The notes beneath the pieces were generated by a model. That model did no database searches. It was not told the origin of the DNA and worked only from the letters and a program-made list of their open reading frames with translations. From the NCBI GenBank assembly GCA_049322955.1, contig JBMOPU010000012.1:211581-275580 (forward strand): a stretch of DNA of 64,000 nucleotides, read 5' to 3'. A program made the translations under genes and the position numbers. Below are positions 44,387 to 54,579 of the stretch, one piece after another; position 1 is the first letter of the stretch; every line of letters starts with the position of its first letter. Source of the stretch: Patescibacteria group bacterium (GTDB lineage: Bacteria > Patescibacteriota > Microgenomatia > UBA10105 > UBA927).

Positions 44387-46081
44387 ATGTCATCTTACTC
44401 CTCTCAAAATCGTGATCGGCACGCTGAAGGATTCGTGTGGGGGATAGTGGTGGCGGTGCTCCTGCTATTTTCCTTTGCACCGTCTCTCTACGAGCTTTTG
44501 AGAAAAGCTGATCTTCACAACAACCGCGAATTCGAGTTGGTACATAATTTCCCGACTGATTATAACTTTTATCTCTCGCGTATCCGTGAAGGATTGGAGG
44601 GCAGATGGACGGTGGTGGAACGGTACACGGCTGAACCGCATGACGGATCGTTCATCCATGCGTTTTATCTTTTGTTGGGGAGAGTCGGCGCATGGGTTCG
44701 GGTACCCGTATGGCGGGCGGGTGATGTCTATCATATCGCGCGCCTGGTGCTTTCGGGAACACTCCTTGTCATTATCGTGGCATTGTGTCGGCAGGCATTC
44801 GGGAAAAAAACGTTCCCATGGCAAATTGCCGCGTTTTTGGCGGCAGTTACGGCTTCATCCTGGCCAAAGCTTACTGCGGTGGTAGGGGGGAGCATTGTTC
44901 CCGCAACCTTAGAAAACATTGCCGCATGGCGGTTCGGTGGCTATATGGCATGGTGGTCGGTTATGGACAGTCTCCAGCGAATGAGTTTTATCCCGCACCT
45001 TGTGGCGGGGCAGGCGATGATGGGAGTACTCATTATGGCGGTTACCCGAAAAGCATGGTTGAAAAAAACGTCATTGCTTTTGTTGACGGGTATTCTTGCG
45101 TTCGGACTGGGCATGATTTTCCCGCCGGGACTGCTTTTTATCTATGCCGTTATGGGGTGGTATTTTGTGCTCGCAGGTGAAGACCGAAAGTCACTCCTCG
45201 TTCCGTACGGAGCAATCGTGCTGATGAGTGTTCCGTCGCTTTTATATCTTGCCCTTATGACGAGTATATACCCGTGGAAACGGCTTGCCGAAGTGGATAT
45301 TATCCGTCCGTTACCGTTTGACTACCTCGAGTATGTCAGGGCTTTGGGTCCCGTTTTCCCCTTGGGAATCATGGGCCTGATCGCGGCACTGCTGATGTGG
45401 CAAACCGCACTTCTGCCGCTTATCGCGTGGGTGCTTGCGTGGGGGACACTGCTTCTTGTGTTTAACTATATACCGCAACAGAGTCCGCTTCGGTTTTCCG
45501 AAATGATTCCCCACGTCCCGCTGGGGATCCTTACGGTTTTCTTGTTTTCGATACCCAAGGGTATCGGCAAAAAACTCTCGGTCATCATACTCGTCCTGCT
45601 TATCGGTACGGGGCTGTTTCATATGTATTCATCTCTGCTCTGGCAAAAGGATTTTGTGGATCATAAAATCCGCGCCACCTTACCGCTTGTTCCGACGGGA
45701 AGCTATGTCATGTATCCGCTGAAAGATTTTGTCAGTGCCATCCGCTACCTTGCAGAGGTAACCGGCGGCAAAGGAGTGATTCTGTCGGAAACGACCGCGG
45801 GGAATTACATCCCCGTTATCAGCGGAAATACGGTCTATCTGGGTCACGACAACACGGTGGCGTTTGAAGGGAAGAAGGAAAAAGTGAAAGAATTTTTTAG
45901 CGGGCGTATGACCGATGTCACCGCCCGCGAATGGCTACGGATGACCAGCGCTTCCTATGTGTTTTACGGGCCCCAGGAACGGGAGGATAATGCAGGCAAA
46001 TCTCTTTCGTATCCGTTTTTATCGGAGGTATATAAAAATTCCATGGTGACGGTATATCGCGTGGAGTACGACACCCCATGA
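44387..46081 (+). CDS. Polytopic membrane protein, GT-C-like (paralog family of the 40615 and 49745 genes)
   Basis: TM-rich. Shares the block FPTDYNFYLSRIREG…RYTAEPHDGSFIHAFYLLLGR with the 40615 and 49745 products. Confidence 0.5.
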   Translation: MSSYSSQNRDRHAEGFVWGIVVAVLLLFSFAPSLYELLRKADLHNNREFELVHNFPTDYNFYLSRIREGLEGRWTVVERYTAEPHDGSFIHAFYLLLGRVGAWVRVPVWRAGDVYHIARLVLSGTLLVIIVALCRQAFGKKTFPWQIAAFLAAVTASSWPKLTAVVGGSIVPATLENIAAWRFGGYMAWWSVMDSLQRMSFIPHLVAGQAMMGVLIMAVTRKAWLKKTSLLLLTGILAFGLGMIFPPGLLFIYAVMGWYFVLAGEDRKSLLVPYGAIVLMSVPSLLYLALMTSIYPWKRLAEVDIIRPLPFDYLEYVRALGPVFPLGIMGLIAALLMWQTALLPLIAWVLAWGTLLLVFNYIPQQSPLRFSEMIPHVPLGILTVFLFSIPKGIGKKLSVIILVLLIGTGLFHMYSSLLWQKDFVDHKIRATLPLVPTGSYVMYPLKDFVSAIRYLAEVTGGKGVILSETTAGNYIPVISGNTVYLGHDNTVAFEGKKEKVKEFFSGRMTDVTAREWLRMTSASYVFYGPQEREDNAGKSLSYPFLSEVYKNSMVTVYRVEYDTP

Positions 46082-48117
46082 AAGCGTTTATCAACCGACC
46101 GATGGTGAAAGAAATTGTCGGATACAGCCTGCTCGTCCTGGTGCTTTTCGGACGGGCGATAGTTCCTCCTTCCGATTGGATGCTCTTTGGGGATGACATC
46201 CATCGTGCATATTACTTTTTTCGCGAATTTTTGAACGAGTGGCTTCGCCAGGGAGTGTTTCCTTTGTGGAATCCGTACCTCTTCGGCGGTACACCGTTCC
46301 TTGCCGATCCGATCGTCAACGTGTGGTATCCGGCAAACTGGCTGTTTTTGCTTGTGCCGCTTCCGCTTGCCTATTCCTGGCATGTGGCGTTTCATCTCGT
46401 TTGGGCGGGCACGGGGATGTGTCTGTTGCTCAATCGGCATGTGAATAATCGGGTTGCTTCATGGGCGGGAGGAACCACGTTTATGTTGAGCGGGTTTTTC
46501 ATGGCCAGAACATGGAACGGGCACGTGGATGTCATTGCGGCGGCGTCATTTATGCCGTGGGTGGTTGATGCCTTTCTCCGGCTCATGGGAGAGCAGGAAA
46601 AGCGTCACATCGCGCGAAGGGTAGGTGTTGCCGCAACCGTCTTTTTCTTCCAATTGCTTTCGGGCTATCAGACCATGGCATTTATGACCGTCATCGTTGT
46701 TGGGGTGAGCGGAGTCGTCTCCGCGATACGGGAAAAAACCATACGTCCGATAATTCGGGCGGGGATAGCGGGGGTGTTGGGTATCGGCATTGCCGCATTT
46801 CATTTAGTTCCCGTGCAGGAATTTTTCCGCATGAGTATCAGAACGTATTCCCTCCCATATTCCTGGGTTTCGTACGGTGCTTGGGAAATCCGGAGCCTGG
46901 TTCAGTTTTTTAACCCGTTCTTTTTCGGGGATCAGCGCATGTACGAGGGTCCGCCGCCAAACTTCGGAGAGCACAGCGCGTTTATCGGAAGAACGGGGCT
47001 TATTTTTATCGGTATAGCGCTGTATGCGTTGTTTTTCCGACGCGCAAAACAGCCGCTCCGACACCTGCTTGTTTCCTTTGGCATTGTCTGTGTGATCACG
47101 GCAATACTGGGTATTTGGCTGTCACTGGGGCCCAATGCCGGAATCGATTTGCAGTATATCGCATGGAAACTGCTTCCGATGTATCACTATTTACGCATTC
47201 CCACGCGCCATCTGATTCTTGTCGTATTCGGTCTATCGGCACTTGTCGGTATCGGGATTTCTCGTTTTATGGATCGCTCTCGACTTCCACGGTGGGTGTG
47301 GGGAAGTGTCGTGGGAGTCATGGTTTTCGAAATGCTTTTTTTCGGCAAACACTTTATCGAGCTACAAAAAACGCCGGAAACCCGCCATGAAAAACCGCTG
47401 ATCGAATTGCTCACGGGTGATACCGCACCGTATCGCGTATTACAAAACTTCGGCGTGTGGCTTGATGCGCGAGATGCGCTGGATTTTGACGGCGTCATGT
47501 CGTATGGCATCTCCTCCGCGACGGGATACAGTCCGGGAATTCTTCGGCCGTATTACGAGTACATCGCACGATCAGTGGGACAGCGTGGGGAGCAGGCGAT
47601 GCTTTCCCATGACGTGCAGGTTCCGTATCTGTCGCCGGATCAGGCGGAAACCATTGATTTTCTCAATATAAAATATCTTATTGTGCCTCCCGACCATGAT
47701 CCGTTTGCGGGTAACTCCCGGTACCGCCTTATTTGGGATGATGACGCGAGAAAATACCGTTTGTATGAAAATACGACCGTGTATCCGCGGTTTTTCCTGA
47801 GTGACCGCTCATGCGGAACCGCGGAAGTAAGCCGGTACACTCCCAATGTCATCACGCTTACCGTTGAAAGTTCATGCGATTCGACGCTTATAAGTTCCGA
47901 GGTGTGGTACCCGGGATGGAGCGCGACAGTGAACGGGAAAAAAACTCGTATAGACAAGACAAATGAAGTATTTCGAACAGTTTTTGTTCCCCGGGGAAAA
48001 CACACCGTTACGTATCGGTATATTCCCACGGCATTGCTCCTGGGGCTTTTCGTCAGCGGGACATTTGCCGGATTGTACTGGTACGGCAGGAAAAAACGGT
48101 TCTTCGAACGATGGTAA
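46078..48117 (+). CDS. YfhO-family GT-C membrane glycosyltransferase
   Basis: N-terminus FPLWNPYLFGGTPFLADPIVNVWYPANWLF, C-terminus WYPGWSATVNGKKTRI…VPRGKHTVTYRYIP. Both are YfhO hallmarks. ATGA overlap with the upstream gene. Confidence 0.7.
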   Translation: MKAFINRPMVKEIVGYSLLVLVLFGRAIVPPSDWMLFGDDIHRAYYFFREFLNEWLRQGVFPLWNPYLFGGTPFLADPIVNVWYPANWLFLLVPLPLAYSWHVAFHLVWAGTGMCLLLNRHVNNRVASWAGGTTFMLSGFFMARTWNGHVDVIAAASFMPWVVDAFLRLMGEQEKRHIARRVGVAATVFFFQLLSGYQTMAFMTVIVVGVSGVVSAIREKTIRPIIRAGIAGVLGIGIAAFHLVPVQEFFRMSIRTYSLPYSWVSYGAWEIRSLVQFFNPFFFGDQRMYEGPPPNFGEHSAFIGRTGLIFIGIALYALFFRRAKQPLRHLLVSFGIVCVITAILGIWLSLGPNAGIDLQYIAWKLLPMYHYLRIPTRHLILVVFGLSALVGIGISRFMDRSRLPRWVWGSVVGVMVFEMLFFGKHFIELQKTPETRHEKPLIELLTGDTAPYRVLQNFGVWLDARDALDFDGVMSYGISSATGYSPGILRPYYEYIARSVGQRGEQAMLSHDVQVPYLSPDQAETIDFLNIKYLIVPPDHDPFAGNSRYRLIWDDDARKYRLYENTTVYPRFFLSDRSCGTAEVSRYTPNVITLTVESSCDSTLISSEVWYPGWSATVNGKKTRIDKTNEVFRTVFVPRGKHTVTYRYIPTALLLGLFVSGTFAGLYWYGRKKRFFERW

Positions 48118-48120
48118 GCA

Positions 48121-49761
48121 TCATTGCTTCCAATAGGGAATAATGCAGGGGTCCTCGCCCTGCCACCAGGGGGTCTGGCGGGGGGTTGTGTTTGCCGTAC
48201 GGTTATCAAAAATCCACGTAAGCGGCGTATTTTTAACTGAAATAGTGTGTGCCGGGGTATGGTGCAGAAGATACTCGTACGCGTAAAAAAACCGATAAAG
48301 GAACGATTGTCGGTTCAGCAGGATAACAAAATCCGATTCGTCATACCCGTATCGGTTAAGATTGGTGATGAGGTCGGGACGCAGATATTGACTGGCCACC
48401 GGCGCATTCATCACGATATGCACTCTTGCATTGGTCGGGGCATGCTCGTTGACCCACAGAACCGCCGCTTTCTGCGACGTGCCCCAGTAATCAAGATCGT
48501 ACTTGCCCATTGCGCCCGAAACACCGCCGACGAGGCTATTAAAATAGGAGATCTGATACGGATGATGCGTCACGTTTATTGCCGTAAGCACGACAACTAC
48601 TGCGGCAAGCAGTACAAAACGGAGTTTTTGTGACGATATCCGACCGAGGATCCATTCCATACCGATTGCCGCCAGTGCCGCGATAGGAAAGAGTACTTCT
48701 TCGAAATGACGAATCCCGTCTATGACACCTACTTTGGGAATAACATATCGGGTGAGCGGAAGAAACAGCCACAGAAGTAAGAGGAGCGAGAGTGTAGCAG
48801 GTGTTTTTTGTGCGCGAAAAAGCGCAATCCCCGCCAACACACCTCCGACGATAAACGGAATGAAAATAATAAGCGGGGTGGTGATTGCAAGATACCAATA
48901 GGGGTAATACCAGGGAACCGTCGAACCGGAGCAATACCATTTGCCGTCAAGCAATACCTCGATGTTGTTTGTACCGATACCGAAAGTGGAAAACGCGTGC
49001 CATAACTGCGCCACGGGATTGGGCCAGAACACCCACCAGAGCAAAAAAGCAAACACGGGAGCGGCAAGCGGATACCAGGCAAAAAATCGCGGTACCGCTT
49101 TTTTGGTATTAAGCGGTACGAGCACGTAGAGCGCCGTAAAAATCGCGGGGATAAAAATGCTATTCACTTTGATGTTAAACGCGATGGCAAACGCGACACA
49201 TGAAAGGATGAGGTCAATGACGCGTTTTTTTGTAAAAAGCCGGTAAATTGCCCACATATTCACGGCGAAAATGACGCTTGAGGGTATATCCTTCATATTG
49301 TTATGAAGATCGCCGAAATACCGGGGGGTGAGTGATAAAAACAGCATGCCGATGACGGCACCCGTTGTCCCGAGGGTCGGGCGAAGCAACACAAAGAGCA
49401 CAACGCTTCCCAGAATGCCCCACAACACGATCGGAAGATGATAGGCGACGTCCGGGGCAAGGATCGGAACGGTTTTGGTAAAAAACAGGTACGATGCCAC
49501 GGGCGGGATACTCATGATTGCCCCGTACGGCAAAGACACCGCGCGACGAGGGTCAGGTTCCATAAACGGGAGTGCCCGCGGTTCAAGTGTTTCGGGGCGG
49601 ATGCCGAGTAACGCGCCGCCGCCGAAAAAGTGGTAATGAAAATCCCACGTAAAGCCATACGAACCCATGATCGATAGATGTGCTACAAGAAGACCGAGCG
49701 CTATCAAAACGCCGGAATACCGGGAAACCCGGGACAGCAGTGATTTAGCGGATAACTTCAT
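48121..49761 (-). CDS. PMT_2/ArnT-like (GT39/GT83-type) GT-C membrane glycosyltransferase
   Basis: First loop WDFHYHFFGG…PFMEPDPRRAVSLPYG, followed by 12 or more TM helices. Start trimmed from the track's 49869 to Met37 (nt 49761), so overlap with the upstream gene drops to 17 nt. Confidence 0.6.
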   Translation of the reverse strand: MKLSAKSLLSRVSRYSGVLIALGLLVAHLSIMGSYGFTWDFHYHFFGGGALLGIRPETLEPRALPFMEPDPRRAVSLPYGAIMSIPPVASYLFFTKTVPILAPDVAYHLPIVLWGILGSVVLFVLLRPTLGTTGAVIGMLFLSLTPRYFGDLHNNMKDIPSSVIFAVNMWAIYRLFTKKRVIDLILSCVAFAIAFNIKVNSIFIPAIFTALYVLVPLNTKKAVPRFFAWYPLAAPVFAFLLWWVFWPNPVAQLWHAFSTFGIGTNNIEVLLDGKWYCSGSTVPWYYPYWYLAITTPLIIFIPFIVGGVLAGIALFRAQKTPATLSLLLLLWLFLPLTRYVIPKVGVIDGIRHFEEVLFPIAALAAIGMEWILGRISSQKLRFVLLAAVVVVLTAINVTHHPYQISYFNSLVGGVSGAMGKYDLDYWGTSQKAAVLWVNEHAPTNARVHIVMNAPVASQYLRPDLITNLNRYGYDESDFVILLNRQSFLYRFFYAYEYLLHHTPAHTISVKNTPLTWIFDNRTANTTPRQTPWWQGEDPCIIPYWKQ

Positions 49762-51394
49762 AGATTGCGGCTTTGCCGTTTTGGAACGTTTCCCGAAGGA
49801 ACGGATACGGAGGGTACGGCTTTGCGGTAGCGTGTGCATACACCACCTTGCCGATGGTATGATCGGCAAGAAATTTTTGCGCTTCGGCGCTTGTCATCTG
49901 TCCGCTAAAAAATCTGGTTCGCAACTGTTCTTTGGTGGAACCGTACAAGGTGTGTATCGGATGCCCGGTGAAAGAAATCTTTCCCGCAATCGCGGGAATC
50001 ATCACGTCATAGGGAAGGGCGGGATCCGTCAGCACCACTGCAGATTCGGGCATTCGCGCAAGGGCGGTAAGGATCGCCATGTCTTCTTGGGGTACATAAT
50101 TTAACGGACTCGAAAGCACCGGGATCATTCGTGACTGCACCTGTTGAATAATCGCGGGTACGGTGAGGAGACAGTAGAGGCACAAGAGAACATTCATAAT
50201 CACCGTCATCAGCGTTGTTTTTTCAAGCGTAGGCAACCGTCGATGCATCGTATCGGTAAGCTGTCTTGACAGTATGAGCAAACCCTCCGCCGCGATCAGG
50301 TAATACATAAGCAGGGATGCGGGGTGTATCCATCGGATAGGACTGGTGTGAAGAAGCGTTGGAACGGGCGAAACAAACACCGCAAGAGACAACCCTCCGT
50401 AAAGAAGGAACACGAGTTTTATGGGTGATAGCGTGCGAACAAATGCGGGCACGCCAAACGGCAGGAAAAAAATGACCGGTCCCATGGCAAGCAGTATTGC
50501 GGGCAGTGATACGCTCACTCGTTGGGCGGCCTCCCAATTTTTTGCGGCCGCATACACCGGTGAGGCGTCAAACGAAGCGTTCACAAGGTACGCACCGATT
50601 CCCGCAGTCATAAGGCTTGCACCGATACTCAATAGACCTTTTGGTGACGGTCTTTGGATTATCGTCGTCAGGAGTATAGCCGCGCAAAGAAGCAACAATT
50701 GTATCGGCGAAAGCGTTGCGGCAAGAAAACAAAGCAACGGAAGCGCAAGAAATGCCCGGCCGGAATGTTTTGGTTGTCCTTTTGCCGTCACCACACGCTC
50801 AAAGAGCAAAATAACGCTAAGGATAAGTACGGTCTGGAAGGCCTGATGGGGAACCCCTCCCAGTCGGTTCAGCGCCGGGGTGGGGGAGAACCACATGTCA
50901 CGCCAGAGGGTGAGCGTCCCGGTTTTGAATAATGATGGGAGCGAAATAAAATTAGATGCGGTAACGGCAAACAAAAATCCGATGACACGGGCAAGCGGGT
51001 TTGTGGGATACAGGTGCTTGGTGACCGCATAGATGAGAAAAAGTAACGTTATGATCAGGAGAAATAAACTGGCGCTGTACGAAGAAAATGCCGAAAGTCC
51101 CGTCATGCTCCCGAGATTGCCGATAAGTACGTTGGGCCAGTAGACCCAGGTTGCGGCAACGGGTTCGTTGGTAAAAAGGCTTCGCGATACGAAGATGTTT
51201 CCCCGTATGCCTTCGGCTATTTGGGATGCGTAGAGAAAATAATCAGCATAATAATGCGCAATCCACGTAAAGTATGTTCCGGGAGGCTTGGCAATCCATG
51301 AAACGAGAACATGCCAGAAGTTCGCAATAATAATCCCTGCGGCTATCATGCCGATGAGTATCGTCTCAGTTCGCTTTGCCGTCATATCTCTCAT
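49745..51394 (-). CDS. Polytopic membrane protein, GT-C-like; paralog of the 40615 gene
   Basis: See 40615..42213. Confidence 0.5.
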   Translation of the reverse strand: MRDMTAKRTETILIGMIAAGIIIANFWHVLVSWIAKPPGTYFTWIAHYYADYFLYASQIAEGIRGNIFVSRSLFTNEPVAATWVYWPNVLIGNLGSMTGLSAFSSYSASLFLLIITLLFLIYAVTKHLYPTNPLARVIGFLFAVTASNFISLPSLFKTGTLTLWRDMWFSPTPALNRLGGVPHQAFQTVLILSVILLFERVVTAKGQPKHSGRAFLALPLLCFLAATLSPIQLLLLCAAILLTTIIQRPSPKGLLSIGASLMTAGIGAYLVNASFDASPVYAAAKNWEAAQRVSVSLPAILLAMGPVIFFLPFGVPAFVRTLSPIKLVFLLYGGLSLAVFVSPVPTLLHTSPIRWIHPASLLMYYLIAAEGLLILSRQLTDTMHRRLPTLEKTTLMTVIMNVLLCLYCLLTVPAIIQQVQSRMIPVLSSPLNYVPQEDMAILTALARMPESAVVLTDPALPYDVMIPAIAGKISFTGHPIHTLYGSTKEQLRTRFFSGQMTSAEAQKFLADHTIGKVVYAHATAKPYPPYPFLRETFQNGKAAIYEVIR

Positions 51395-51424
51395 TGTAGG
51401 GGAAATACCGGTAATGTTAAATTG

Positions 51425-52957
51425 ATGAGCAGTATGGGAACGGAAAACGATCGGGTCATACGTTTGTCTTCGCTTATTATTTTTTTCGGCGTTGTTGCGT
51501 TATTTTTGCTCCTTTGGGCAAAAATGCAGTTGGGGCAAATACGATATTTTGATGCGGACGAGCTGGCATATCTTCATTGGGCACATAATGTATTCGACGG
51601 TAAATTACCGTATCGGGACTTTCTTTCGTATGTGCCGCCGCTCTTTTACGCCGTGTTGTCAGTGCTTTTTACCGTAGTGGAAGGAGTGGGGATATTAAGT
51701 GGGGCGCGGTTTTTTTCGTTTTTCATTTTTGTATTGCTTTGCGCCTGTTTGGTTTGGCTGTTTTCCCGGGCACGCACCGCGACGTATGCCGTGTATGCGG
51801 CGGTGTTTCTGGCTTTTTTGCCGATGCCTGCAGACAAGCTTATCGAAGTTCGCCCGGATACCATGGCGATGCTTGTGGCCCTTGTCGCTATGGTGCTTCA
51901 CGGCATTGCGCTTACGGGAAGCCGTCGCACCTCGCTTTGGGCGGTTTCGGGGTTTCTGTATGGCGTTTCGGTATTGATTCTTCCCAAAACGGTGCCGCAG
52001 GTAGCGGTTGCGGGTCTGGTGACAGTGTTGTGGCGATTGTTTGCGCCCGGTGATGCGAAGGGAAAAAACCGCCTGCTCTCCGCGTTTCTTTTCGGCGGCA
52101 TCATTCCGTTCATTTGTTTCGGGATATGGGTATTGTTCCGGTTGGGGGTAAATAGCGTTGATACGGTTATCTATTCTTTAGTCAGATTACCCCTTGAGGT
52201 GAACCGTCTGGGAATCCAATTTCCCCTGCAACCCGATCTTTTTTTCTATCCCAACACGGTGTTGTACGGACAGGAAGGATGGGGAGCAGGTCTCATTGTC
52301 ACGCATATTCTTTGGATCATCGGTATCGGTACTGCCAGCATGCGGCTGGTTACCCCCTTCATACCGGGCGGAAAAAAAGAAGCGTATCGGGAGCTTTTGA
52401 TTGCCGGCTCGTTTTTTGCCTATGTCGTCACGTTTATTTACGGCTATCCGATGCGACATTCGCAATACCTTATCCCGATCGCGGTGTTCGTTGCGTTCTA
52501 TACGGCGGATTTTTTGAGTATCGTGATGTCCCGGCTCAATACATCGCGCCTGGGGAGAATCGTCGGTATTGTATTCCTGTTCGGTATGCTCATTGGTGCG
52601 GTGCATCTTACCCGGCAAACCACCGGGGTGAAGATGGGCTATACCAATGCGGAAGATTATGCCGTGCTCTCGTATGCGCTCCGAACGATTCCCAAAAACG
52701 CATATGTTTTTGATCTCGTGGGATCGACGATTTACTTTCGGGATCCGTTTTATGTTTCCGCTGTGCCGTTCGGGCAGTGGATGCCGTATGTTACCCGACC
52801 GTTCGGCTCCGTGGTTACCGCGCTGGAAACAACAAACACACGGTATATTTATGAAGGTCGACTTGCAAGGGTAGAAAGCCTGCCCGCCGCAACAACGGCG
52901 CACATCCGGCGACTCTATGCTCCGGTGCCGGGGATCCCGGGAATGCTCCGTCAGTGA
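51425..52957 (+). CDS. PMT_2/ArnT-like GT-C membrane glycosyltransferase
   Basis: Loop-1 DE motif FDADELAYLHWAHNVFDGKLPYRDF, then many TM helices. Start trimmed to ATG 51425 (MSSMGTEN…), which avoids overlap with the divergent gene. Confidence 0.5.
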   Translation: MSSMGTENDRVIRLSSLIIFFGVVALFLLLWAKMQLGQIRYFDADELAYLHWAHNVFDGKLPYRDFLSYVPPLFYAVLSVLFTVVEGVGILSGARFFSFFIFVLLCACLVWLFSRARTATYAVYAAVFLAFLPMPADKLIEVRPDTMAMLVALVAMVLHGIALTGSRRTSLWAVSGFLYGVSVLILPKTVPQVAVAGLVTVLWRLFAPGDAKGKNRLLSAFLFGGIIPFICFGIWVLFRLGVNSVDTVIYSLVRLPLEVNRLGIQFPLQPDLFFYPNTVLYGQEGWGAGLIVTHILWIIGIGTASMRLVTPFIPGGKKEAYRELLIAGSFFAYVVTFIYGYPMRHSQYLIPIAVFVAFYTADFLSIVMSRLNTSRLGRIVGIVFLFGMLIGAVHLTRQTTGVKMGYTNAEDYAVLSYALRTIPKNAYVFDLVGSTIYFRDPFYVSAVPFGQWMPYVTRPFGSVVTALETTNTRYIYEGRLARVESLPAATTAHIRRLYAPVPGIPGMLRQ

Positions 52958-53001
52958 TTCTCCTTGTCTGTCCCGTCAAAACGTCGTACTATAACTTCGA
53001 A

Positions 53002-53733
53002 ATGAGCAGGCCCGTGGAATTATCACTTATCCTTCCTTGCTATAACGAGGCGGGGTTATTTGAAGACAGTGTTTCCCGTATTACCCGTGTCCTTGATGCG
53101 ACACGATTTTCCTACGAAATTATCTTTGTTGACGATGCCAGTCGTGATAATACGCCGCTCCTTATTTCCCGGTTCCTCAAAAAACAGGGAAACCGCCGAG
53201 TGTATCGGGCTATTTTTCATTCCGCTAACCTCGGACGAGGAAGAACGGTCACGGACGGTATCCGTGCGGCGAAAGGCATGGTCGTGGGATATATCGATAT
53301 CGATTGTGAGGTGGATCCCGTCTATATCCCGATGATGGCTGACATACTACGCAAAAATGAAGCTGATGTCGTCATCGGCAAGCGATTTTATCGCACCAGC
53401 CCCCAAGCGATAGTGAGAGAGGTGTTAAGCCGCGGCTATCAATGGTTAGCGGATTATGCTATCGGTACCGGACGCATGGACACCGAAACCGGCTATAAAT
53501 TTTTTTCCCGAAAAAAAATTCTTCCCGTGCTGACGAAAGCGACGCACCCCGGTTGGTTCTGGGATACCGAGATAATGGTGTATGCCAAACATGCAAAGCT
53601 TCGGATCGTTGAGGTTCCCGTATTGTTCCTCAGAAGGTTTGATAAGCAGTCGTCAGTTCATATTGTTCGCGATACGCTAGACTATATGAAGGAGTTATTG
53701 CTGTTTCGACGACGATTACATAAAAAACTATGA
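53002..53733 (+). CDS. GT2 polyprenyl-phosphate sugar synthase (DPM1/GtrB-like)
   Basis: LILPCYNEAG…IIFVDDASRDNT…GYIDIDCE (GT-A DxD). Start trimmed to MSRPVELS. Confidence 0.7.
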   Translation: MSRPVELSLILPCYNEAGLFEDSVSRITRVLDATRFSYEIIFVDDASRDNTPLLISRFLKKQGNRRVYRAIFHSANLGRGRTVTDGIRAAKGMVVGYIDIDCEVDPVYIPMMADILRKNEADVVIGKRFYRTSPQAIVREVLSRGYQWLADYAIGTGRMDTETGYKFFSRKKILPVLTKATHPGWFWDTEIMVYAKHAKLRIVEVPVLFLRRFDKQSSVHIVRDTLDYMKELLLFRRRLHKKL

Positions 53734-54293
53734 AAGCGCTTGCGGCAATCGGGATAAAAAAAGCGATACGATATGTGTGGTACACCTGGTATGCATGGCT
53801 TATCCACGTGTCGCTTCCGCCGGTTCGGGTCTTCCTCATGCGGCTTGCAGGATGTCGGGTCGGCAACGATACCGTGATCGGTGATGTCCGGTTCATTAAT
53901 CTGTATCATTACGGATTTTCGCGGCTTCGTATAGGAAACCGCTGTTTTCTCGGCGATGAGGTGCTTCTTGACGTAAGAGGCGGTATTACGCTCCAAGATG
54001 ACGCAACACTTTCACATCGGGTGAATATTGTTACGCACATAAACGTCGGGTATGCGGATCACCCGTTACAAAAACACTTTCCGACAAAAGAAGCGCCGGT
54101 GACGGTTGCTGAAGGAGTGTATATCGGAACGGGTGCCATTGTCCTTCCCGGCGTGACGTTGGGTGAAAAAAGCACTATCGGTGCGGGGTCGGTCGTTACG
54201 AAGTCACTTCCGTCGTCAGTGGTTGCAGTAGGTGTGCCCGCACGGGTGATACGAAAGATCGGTTACTCCGCAGGGGCCGCCAAATCCGCATAA
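53730..54293 (+). CDS. Left-handed beta-helix (hexapeptide-repeat) acyl/acetyltransferase
   Basis: Repeating [LIV]G..xx[IV] hexads: VGNDTVIGDV…VYIGTGAIVLPGVTLGEKSTIGAGSVV. Confidence 0.75.
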   Translation: MKALAAIGIKKAIRYVWYTWYAWLIHVSLPPVRVFLMRLAGCRVGNDTVIGDVRFINLYHYGFSRLRIGNRCFLGDEVLLDVRGGITLQDDATLSHRVNIVTHINVGYADHPLQKHFPTKEAPVTVAEGVYIGTGAIVLPGVTLGEKSTIGAGSVVTKSLPSSVVAVGVPARVIRKIGYSAGAAKSA

Positions 54294-54498
54294 CCGTTGA
54301 CACAGCCGGCCGGTATGACGGTGAGCGAAATGTCCTCACGTACGGCGGCTTCCCGTGTAGGACGCGTGCCTTGTTTATTCTCCAGACCTGCAATGCGGCA
54401 GACGTTTCCCATGATCTTTCTTGCGGAACACTCTCTACAAACAGACATATTCCGTTGCGGCGCGGTGTGTCGGCGTGAGGGATCGGTTTCCGGGAGCG

Positions 54499-54516
54499 CC
54501 ATAACGTGAGTTATGG
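54499..54516 (+). other. Hairpin CCATAAC-gtga-GTTATGG (7-bp stem, GNRA-type loop) in the 286-bp intergenic spacer
   Basis: Read directly. No convincing U-tract follows. Confidence 0.2.
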
Positions 54517-54534
54517 TACGAATATGCCTCTTTC

Positions 54535-54563
54535 TTGTCAAATGTACCCGCACTCGTTATGAT
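54535..54563 (+). promoter_or_regulatory. Sigma70-like promoter candidate upstream of the aminotransferase gene
   Basis: TTGTCA (54535-54540), 17 nt spacer, TATGAT (54558-54563), then GGAGG RBS (54568-54572) and ATG 54580. Confidence 0.3.
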
Positions 54564-54579
54564 CTCCTGGAGGTTATCT

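Noticed and set aside
49762-49869. Upstream extension of the 48121 gene
   Set aside because: It would overlap the upstream paralog by 125 nt. Met37 gives a signal-like N-terminus and a 17-nt overlap.
51311-51424. Upstream extension of the 51425 gene
   Set aside because: It overlaps the divergent minus-strand gene start and is Cys/His-rich junk. Met39 precedes the first TM helix.
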